This document shows, in pieces, positions 58,379 to 64,000 of a stretch of 64,000 nt of DNA. The first letter of the stretch is position 1. Each line of letters opens with the position of its first letter. The stretch comes from Acidobacteriia bacterium UBA6623. GTDB lineage: Bacteria > Acidobacteriota > Terriglobia > Bryobacterales > UBA6623. The translations under genes and the position numbers were made by a program. The DNA lies in assembly GCA_002433055.1 (NCBI GenBank), contig DJHJ01000014.1, forward strand, positions 191,414 through 255,413, written 5' to 3'. Below the pieces are notes generated by a model. That model had not been told where the DNA came from. It did no database searches and saw nothing but the letters and a program-made list of their open reading frames with translations.

Positions 58379-59563
58379 ATGAAAATCCAAAAAATAGAGG
58401 TTATTACTCTTCGCTTCGAGTATCCATCGGGTAAAGGGTTCCACTGTGCCGGTGGGTACTGTACAGCCCGAGCATCGTCACTTGTGCGAGTACACACTGA
58501 TGAGGGTATTAGCGGGTTGGGGTCTGTGTACTCGCACCCGGATTTGGTCCGTGTGGTCATTGAAGGCCAGTTGGCTCCTATGCTTTGCGGTCAGGATCCT
58601 CTTTTAATCGAGTCACTTTGGGAACGCAATTATAATTTGACGCGCTGGTACGGTCGCAGAGGAGTAGCTATTTCGGCTATCGGAGGAGTCGACATGGCCC
58701 TTTGGGACATTCGCGGCAAGGTCGAAAGAAAGCCTATCTGTGAACTTCTAGGTATTCGAAGAGGTTGCGTTCCAGCGTACGCCAGTGCCTTGCTTTGGCG
58801 TGATGATCCGGTTGAGCTTGAAGAGGAAGCCAAACGCCATCTAGCCAGTGGTTTTCACGCTATGAAGACTCGGTTGGGGCGAGATTTCAAGTATGATTGC
58901 GACGGGCTGTTCAGCTTGCGCAACGCTCTTGGTGAGAAATATCGTTTAATGGTCGACGCCAATGCACGTTATGGTCTGTCACAGGCCGAACGGATGGCAC
59001 CTCTTTTCAATGAAGCAGGAATTTTTTGGTTAGAAGAACCATTTCCTCCCGAGGATTTGGATAGCTATGCTGCACTAAGGTCCAAACTGAAAGTTCCACT
59101 TGCTGCAGGTGAAAATGAGGTCGCCATGATGGATTTTCGTGACTTAATGGAACGTAACTTGGTCGACATTATTCAACCCGATTGCTGTCGTGCCGGTGGA
59201 ATTACAGAGTGTCTGCGTATTGGCCGACTAGCTGCTGAGCAGGGACGTTTTGTGGCAACTCACACCTGGAGTGATGCGGTTGCACTTACGGCGAATCTTC
59301 ATGTGCTCGCAACGCTTGATACTGATGTAATGCTTGAGATTGACCAAACAGGCAATGCATTAATCGAAGACTTGCTGAATGAGAAATTAGAACTGCGAGA
59401 CGGGGAAGTTATCGTTCCCAGAGGTCCGGGCCTCGGTATTTCGCTCAATGAGGATGCATTAGAGCGTTATAGCTATCCCGCTGAAGAATCTTTCCCGGAC
59501 GGTAATTACGCTGACATGGTGTTTGGCGCCGAATACCTAACACCTCCTAACCCTTACAAATAA
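58379..59563 (+). CDS. Enolase-superfamily enzyme (mandelate racemase/muconate lactonising family, sugar-acid dehydratase-like)
   Basis: AISAIGGVDMALWDIRGK, KTRLG, MVDANARY, WLEEP and GENE metal-ligand pattern, plus DIIQPD. Confidence 0.82.
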   Translation: MKIQKIEVITLRFEYPSGKGFHCAGGYCTARASSLVRVHTDEGISGLGSVYSHPDLVRVVIEGQLAPMLCGQDPLLIESLWERNYNLTRWYGRRGVAISAIGGVDMALWDIRGKVERKPICELLGIRRGCVPAYASALLWRDDPVELEEEAKRHLASGFHAMKTRLGRDFKYDCDGLFSLRNALGEKYRLMVDANARYGLSQAERMAPLFNEAGIFWLEEPFPPEDLDSYAALRSKLKVPLAAGENEVAMMDFRDLMERNLVDIIQPDCCRAGGITECLRIGRLAAEQGRFVATHTWSDAVALTANLHVLATLDTDVMLEIDQTGNALIEDLLNEKLELRDGEVIVPRGPGLGISLNEDALERYSYPAEESFPDGNYADMVFGAEYLTPPNPYK

Positions 59564-59816
59564 AAACGCACTCGAAAAACAATTGACTCAATGCAGCATG
59601 GTGGGTTGTTGATTTAATGTTATTTACGTGTGACGATCTGCAGTGTAAATTAAGATCTGAACCAGAGGGGCAAGAGGCTTCTTTTTGTTTTAACACTGCA
59701 AAGCTGTAGGACTGTGGAGTATGTGCGGTCTACAATATAGTCCTGGGTAACCCATATGAGGTTACTGACGATTAGCTACAGTTGTTGATCTTAAAATACG
59801 CAGTCAGGAGAACCCT

Positions 59817-61529
59817 TTGAAACTTGCTTCTTTTTTGTTATTGACAGTTTGCGTTGTCGCGCTTTTGGTTGTTACTACTGTTCGTGGTGAAGAACCTGTA
59901 TCTGAGCGACTAGTGAATGCTGCGAACGAGCCCGAAAATTGGTTGACTTACAACGGAAGTTATGAGTCTTGGCGCTACAGCAAGCTTGATCAAATAAGCC
60001 GACACAATGTCAAGAAGTTGATTCCCGTCTGGTCGTTCCAGCCAGGTATCGTTGACGGGGGACTTCAGGCAACTCCCATTGTTGTTGATGGTGTGATGTA
60101 TCTCACTAGTTCGTTGAACCGTGTTTTTGCTATCGACGCAGCTACCGGCAAAAAAATATGGCAATACTACCACGAGATTGGAGAGTTTCCGTCACTTTAC
60201 GGAACCTGGAATCGCGGTGTGGCTGTTGGTCATGGTCTGGTCTTCATGGGAACGGCAGACAACTACCTAGTGGCGCTTGATGCGGGGTCAGGACGAGAGG
60301 TGTGGAAGGTTGAAATTGAAAATGGTGGCCAATGTGGTTGTGGCATTACCGGTGCGCCCTTGTTGGTTAAAGATAAGGTAATTATCGGAGTGAATGGTGG
60401 AGACTCAGCACACCGTGGTTACTTGAATGCGTTTGACGCTAAGACGGGTCGTCATGTGTGGAGATTTTGGACGATTCCAGGCCCTGGTGAACCTGGTAAC
60501 GAAAGCTGGAAAGGCGACAGCTGGAAATACGGAGGCGGGTCGACTTGGCTGACGGGTTCTTATGACTCCGACCTCAATTTGCTCTACTGGGGTGTAGGCA
60601 ATCCGGCGGCCGATTTTTATGGGGAGGATCGTGAAGGTGACAATCTTTATACCGAATCTATCATCGCATTAGATCCTGACACTGGCAAATTGATTTGGTA
60701 TTACCAGCAAATTCCACATGATGTTTGGGATTTTGATTCGGGCTATGAGATTGTTCTGTTGGATTTGCCATATGAAGGAAAAAAACGCAAGTTAATAGTC
60801 ACACCACATAAAAGTGGATATGTGTGGGTTCTGGATCGTACTAACGGAGAATTTCTCAATGCTTGGTCGTTGGTCGAGAACACGAATTGGATTGAGGGTA
60901 TCGATCGAAAGGGCAGGCTTATAGGTCGAAACGAACCGGTTGTAGGGGAGTACAAACTGCTATGTCCGGGGATCACGGGTGGCCGTCAATGGAACCATGG
61001 TGCTTATAGCCCTAAGACGGGGTGGTTCTATTCAACAGCTTTAGAGTGGTGTCAGCAGATTAAAGCATTTCCTGAAAAAGCGCGGGAAGGAATGAGTTTT
61101 TTTGGTGGTGAATTTAAGCTCGTTCCACCTCCGAAGGAAGAAGCCCATTCTCATCTCAGCGCCTACGACCCTGTAACAGGAGAGCATTTTTGGCGCTACA
61201 AGTCGAAATACCCATTACTAGCCTCACAGCTTGTGACGGCGGGTGATCTGCTTTTTACTGGTGATGCCGAAGGAGAATTTCTAGCCCTTGATACCGAGAC
61301 GGGACAACGACTCTGGTCTTTTCAGACGGGTTCGGGGCACCGCGGATCACCAATCACATATTCCGTTAATGGTAAGCAATATGTTGCTACACCTAGTGGT
61401 TGGGGATCAGCTGTTGCAGGATTATTGCCACAACTGTGGCCCGAGACAGAATACTTTCAGAGTGGTGCTACTCTGTTCGTATTTTCACTGGCCAACTTTG
61501 GTGTTTCAAATGAGGTGAGATCAGAATAA
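59817..61529 (+). CDS. PQQ-dependent dehydrogenase, methanol/ethanol family (non-canonical active-site signature)
   Basis: Signal peptide followed by 8-blade propeller hallmarks: NWLTYNGSYESWRYS, ATPIVVDGVMYLTS, ALDAGSGREVWK, ITGAPLLVKDKVIIG, YLNAFDAKTGRHVWRF, GGGSTW and PHDVWDFDSG. Confidence 0.82.
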   Translation: MKLASFLLLTVCVVALLVVTTVRGEEPVSERLVNAANEPENWLTYNGSYESWRYSKLDQISRHNVKKLIPVWSFQPGIVDGGLQATPIVVDGVMYLTSSLNRVFAIDAATGKKIWQYYHEIGEFPSLYGTWNRGVAVGHGLVFMGTADNYLVALDAGSGREVWKVEIENGGQCGCGITGAPLLVKDKVIIGVNGGDSAHRGYLNAFDAKTGRHVWRFWTIPGPGEPGNESWKGDSWKYGGGSTWLTGSYDSDLNLLYWGVGNPAADFYGEDREGDNLYTESIIALDPDTGKLIWYYQQIPHDVWDFDSGYEIVLLDLPYEGKKRKLIVTPHKSGYVWVLDRTNGEFLNAWSLVENTNWIEGIDRKGRLIGRNEPVVGEYKLLCPGITGGRQWNHGAYSPKTGWFYSTALEWCQQIKAFPEKAREGMSFFGGEFKLVPPPKEEAHSHLSAYDPVTGEHFWRYKSKYPLLASQLVTAGDLLFTGDAEGEFLALDTETGQRLWSFQTGSGHRGSPITYSVNGKQYVATPSGWGSAVAGLLPQLWPETEYFQSGATLFVFSLANFGVSNEVRSE

Positions 61530-62371
61530 TGAAATTTTCAGGATACTATTGGTCGGTTCTGGTTAGTGTTTTTCTAGCCCTGTTTGGTGCGAAGGATTCA
61601 CTGGCACAGACGAAGATTATTGACTTACGAGATCCTGCGTTTGCCTCACTAGGGGCGCCACTATTCGCCAAGAACTGTGCTGTGGGGTACTGCCATGGAT
61701 CAGAGGGTGCTGCAGGTCAAGGTCCACGTCTACGAGGACGCCATTGGAATTCAACCACACTTTTTGAAGTTATACGCGATGGCATTCCCAATACGACTAT
61801 GCCTGGCTGGAGCGGAGTCTTGAACCAAGAGGGCATTTGGTCAATAACGGCTTACATCATTGGCCTGGGGACGGGTACGTTCGAGCCCGCCTCTGGAAAG
61901 CTGGAAATGGGTGAGCGGATTGCGGCCAAAGAACTTTCTTCCAAAGCCAAAAGAGGACGTGCTCTTTTTTTTGATCTGACAAACGAAAAACGGTGTGCTT
62001 TATGCCACCGCATTCGTTCGCGTGGTTCGACCATTGGCCCAGAATTGACTTCGACAACTTCAACAAAATCAGTGGATGAATTGCATCGTGATATCACAGA
62101 TCCAAGCGCTACGATTGCGAGAGGGTTCGAGCAAACAATTGTACTTGTAGCCGATGGAGAACAGGTCTCTGGCATCAAAAAAGACAGTAACGAAGAACGT
62201 ATCCAACTCTACGATACGGCAGCTTTGCCATCTCCGTTACGAACTTTCTACAGGAATCAGATTAGAGGTGTTAGCGGGAGTTCGGTTAGTTCCATGCCGA
62301 CTAGTTACGGTGAGATGTATTCCCCTAGTGAACTCGCTGACATTATCGCCTTCATTAAGTCGGGTGAATGA
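61529..62371 (+). CDS. Two-domain c-type cytochrome (class I-like domain + Pirellula/Verrucomicrobium-type heme-binding domain)
   Basis: Signal peptide. The first domain is FAKNCAVGYCHGSEGAAGQGPRL...TTMPGW. The second domain has CALCH followed by GPELT...DPSA...VADGEQVSGIKK...SSMP...ELADIIAFIKS. The start overlaps the upstream stop (TAATG). Confidence 0.78.
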   Translation: MKFSGYYWSVLVSVFLALFGAKDSLAQTKIIDLRDPAFASLGAPLFAKNCAVGYCHGSEGAAGQGPRLRGRHWNSTTLFEVIRDGIPNTTMPGWSGVLNQEGIWSITAYIIGLGTGTFEPASGKLEMGERIAAKELSSKAKRGRALFFDLTNEKRCALCHRIRSRGSTIGPELTSTTSTKSVDELHRDITDPSATIARGFEQTIVLVADGEQVSGIKKDSNEERIQLYDTAALPSPLRTFYRNQIRGVSGSSVSSMPTSYGEMYSPSELADIIAFIKSGE

Positions 62372-62435
62372 CGACACACTTACATATTCTCGGTAACGCG
62401 TTACATTCACGCCATCGGGGCATTTTTGGACTTAC

Positions 62436-62825
62436 GTGAAAACATCAACACGTTATTGGCTATTTCAACTACCAGGATGGCTATTCAGCGCGTTGGTATT
62501 GTTAGGTTTCTATTGGTGGTTTGAGCTATCAGCGTGGGTTGCATCCACGATTATGGTTCTGTTGCTGGTGAAAGATGTTGTTCTGTTTCCGTTTTTGCGA
62601 GACTCTTATGATGTCCATGTAAAAACTGGAATAGATCAGCTTATTGGCCAAACTGCGACTGTTCAGCGCAGCTTAACACCTGAAGGTTTTGTTCTTATCA
62701 AAGGAGAATTATGGTACGCGCGACTGTGCGGTAGTGCTCGGGTAGCTTCGGCCGGATCTATTGTACAAATACAATCAAATGAAGGATTTACACTACTTGT
62801 TTCCACAATTAAAACCACTCTGTGA
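62436..62825 (+). CDS. NfeD-family membrane protein
   Basis: Two N-terminal TM helices and a C-terminal OB-like block GQTATVQRSLTPEGFVLIKGELWYARL. 129 aa, GTG start. Confidence 0.7.
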   Translation: MKTSTRYWLFQLPGWLFSALVLLGFYWWFELSAWVASTIMVLLLVKDVVLFPFLRDSYDVHVKTGIDQLIGQTATVQRSLTPEGFVLIKGELWYARLCGSARVASAGSIVQIQSNEGFTLLVSTIKTTL

Positions 62826-62849
62826 ATGCGGGATTACAGTGGTTATTTC

Positions 62850-63725
62850 TCATAGCAACTTGACCAGTTTCCTTCTCAATTCTGGGCCGTGTAGGGGATC
62901 GGCAAGGGCGAACTCTAGGAACGTGCTGAAGTAGCTGTCAAAGTTGCCTATGTCATAACGCTTCTCACCAACAGGCAATTTAACCCCCATGACTCGTTCG
63001 CCAGATTTGCACAACATACGAATTGCATCGGTGATCTGAATTTCTTGATTGGCGTCGGCTTCGACTAGGCGTAGCAGATCAAAAATAACTGGAGAAAAGA
63101 CGTAGCGGCCACTGACTACAAAATTGCTGGGAGCTTCTGAAGGGGTTGGCTTTTCGATGACGTCGCTTATTTCAAAGACTTCTTCATCTTCCGTTTCCGG
63201 CTTGACCACTCCATAGGAACTCACCTGATCAGGCTCTACTTGTTCAATAGCAATGACAGCTGCAGCTTGAGTGTCTTTATAGACTTCAGATAGACGGTTG
63301 CAAATGGAGGAGTCTCCTCTGAGGCCGATTATAGAATCACCCAGTGCTACTACAAATGGCTCACGACCTACGAAGGGTTCGCCACACAGTATGGCGTCTC
63401 CGAGGCCTCGTTGTACGGTTTGGCGGGTATACAGGTAGTTGATTTTTATGTTTTCGAAAGATAGCTCGTCTAGTAAGTTATCCTTAGTGGCGCGGCGTAA
63501 TGACTCAGCTAACTCGGGATTGTGGTCAAAATGATTTTCTATTGAATACTTACCGCGACCGGTCACAAAAAGGATTTGTTCGCAACCGGCCCGTGCTAGC
63601 TCCTCAACAACATACTGGACGATAGGCTTTTTGCCAACTGGAAGCATTTCCTTTGGTTGAGATTTTGTAGCCGGCAGTAGGCGGGTTCCATGACCGGCAA
63701 CTGGGACAACTGCATTTTTAATCAA
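62850..63725 (-). CDS. galU: UTP--glucose-1-phosphate uridylyltransferase
   Basis: MIKNAVVPVAGHGTRLLPATKSQPKEMLPVGKKPIVQYVVEE is the canonical GalU N-terminus. 291 aa. Confidence 0.93.
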   Translation of the reverse strand: MIKNAVVPVAGHGTRLLPATKSQPKEMLPVGKKPIVQYVVEELARAGCEQILFVTGRGKYSIENHFDHNPELAESLRRATKDNLLDELSFENIKINYLYTRQTVQRGLGDAILCGEPFVGREPFVVALGDSIIGLRGDSSICNRLSEVYKDTQAAAVIAIEQVEPDQVSSYGVVKPETEDEEVFEISDVIEKPTPSEAPSNFVVSGRYVFSPVIFDLLRLVEADANQEIQITDAIRMLCKSGERVMGVKLPVGEKRYDIGNFDSYFSTFLEFALADPLHGPELRRKLVKLL

Positions 63726-64000
63726 TTGACAAAGCTCCTTATCGGATTGGGAGGCAAAAGGGTAACCATCTCGAAGTCAGCTGTCCCTAAGGGGGTTTCA
63801 CAAGACTCAGTGTTTATTGTGTCAAATTGGCATAAGAAGTACTAAAAATTGCAACATGCACAGTAGGTTGTCGAGGCAAGCGTTTTCTCATATTGACTCG
63901 TTGCATGGAAAGAATTACCGACTCCGTGCTCAAAGGTTTGCAAGACAGTCATAATGTTGGCTAGAGCTTGTAGGTAATCTATCGCCTCTGCCCTTAGGAT

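Noticed and set aside
59639-59700. 8-bp inverted repeat TGCAGTGT...ACACTGCA with a T-rich interior upstream of the PQQ dehydrogenase, considered as a terminator or attenuator.
   Set aside because: The loop is about 46 nt and the T-run lies inside it rather than after the stem. This does not fit an intrinsic terminator. It may still be a protein-binding site, but the evidence is too weak.
63827-64000. Open minus-strand frame running in from the window edge (…AEAIDYLQALANIMTVLQTFEHGVGNSFHATSQYEKTLASTTYCACCNF*).
   Set aside because: It is only a 57-aa C-terminal fragment with no recognisable motif, so I cannot support a call.

Overview
Gene-dense chromosomal window with about 60 protein-coding genes and one tRNA. 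I saw no rRNA, CRISPR array, transposase, integrase or phage gene. The gene content suggests a free-living Gram-negative bacterium, possibly Acidobacteriota- or Planctomycetota-like, but this cannot be verified without a database search. The supporting genes are an S55 peptidase, an FG-GAP protein, a Pirellula-type heme-binding domain, a PQQ dehydrogenase and a LemA/TPM pair. Most of the window is housekeeping: tRNA-Gly, ccmC plus an untracked ccmD-like small ORF, uvrA, the rpmH-rnpA-yidD-yidC-jag-mnmE block, purS, glmS, thiE, dusB, rnhA, cysS, bfr, speA, mdh, icd and galU. Interspersed are sugar-acid and glycerate catabolic genes: an IlvD/Edd dehydratase, a UxuA-like dehydratase, an HpcH aldolase, a tartronate-semialdehyde-reductase-like gene, a glycerate kinase and an enolase-superfamily enzyme. 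I found no clear-cut new defence or mobile system. The most unusual items are listed below.

- A secreted SpoIVB-like S55 protease whose Ser and His blocks appear in swapped order. It is translationally coupled to a large beta-propeller/Ig-like protein.
- A PQQ dehydrogenase that lacks the vicinal Cys-Cys ring and carries a CGC motif and a D-x-D signature. It is coupled by a TAATG overlap to a two-domain cytochrome c with a CX4CH site.
- Two Nramp-fold permeases that lack the DPGN metal-binding motif. One sits inside a sugar-acid dehydratase operon.
- A TPM / nucleotidyltransferase / LemA trio.
- Several enzyme homologues with substituted catalytic or ligand residues: the S41 peptidase, the IscU-like protein and the NTase.

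All functional calls come from reading motifs in the translations. No searches were run.
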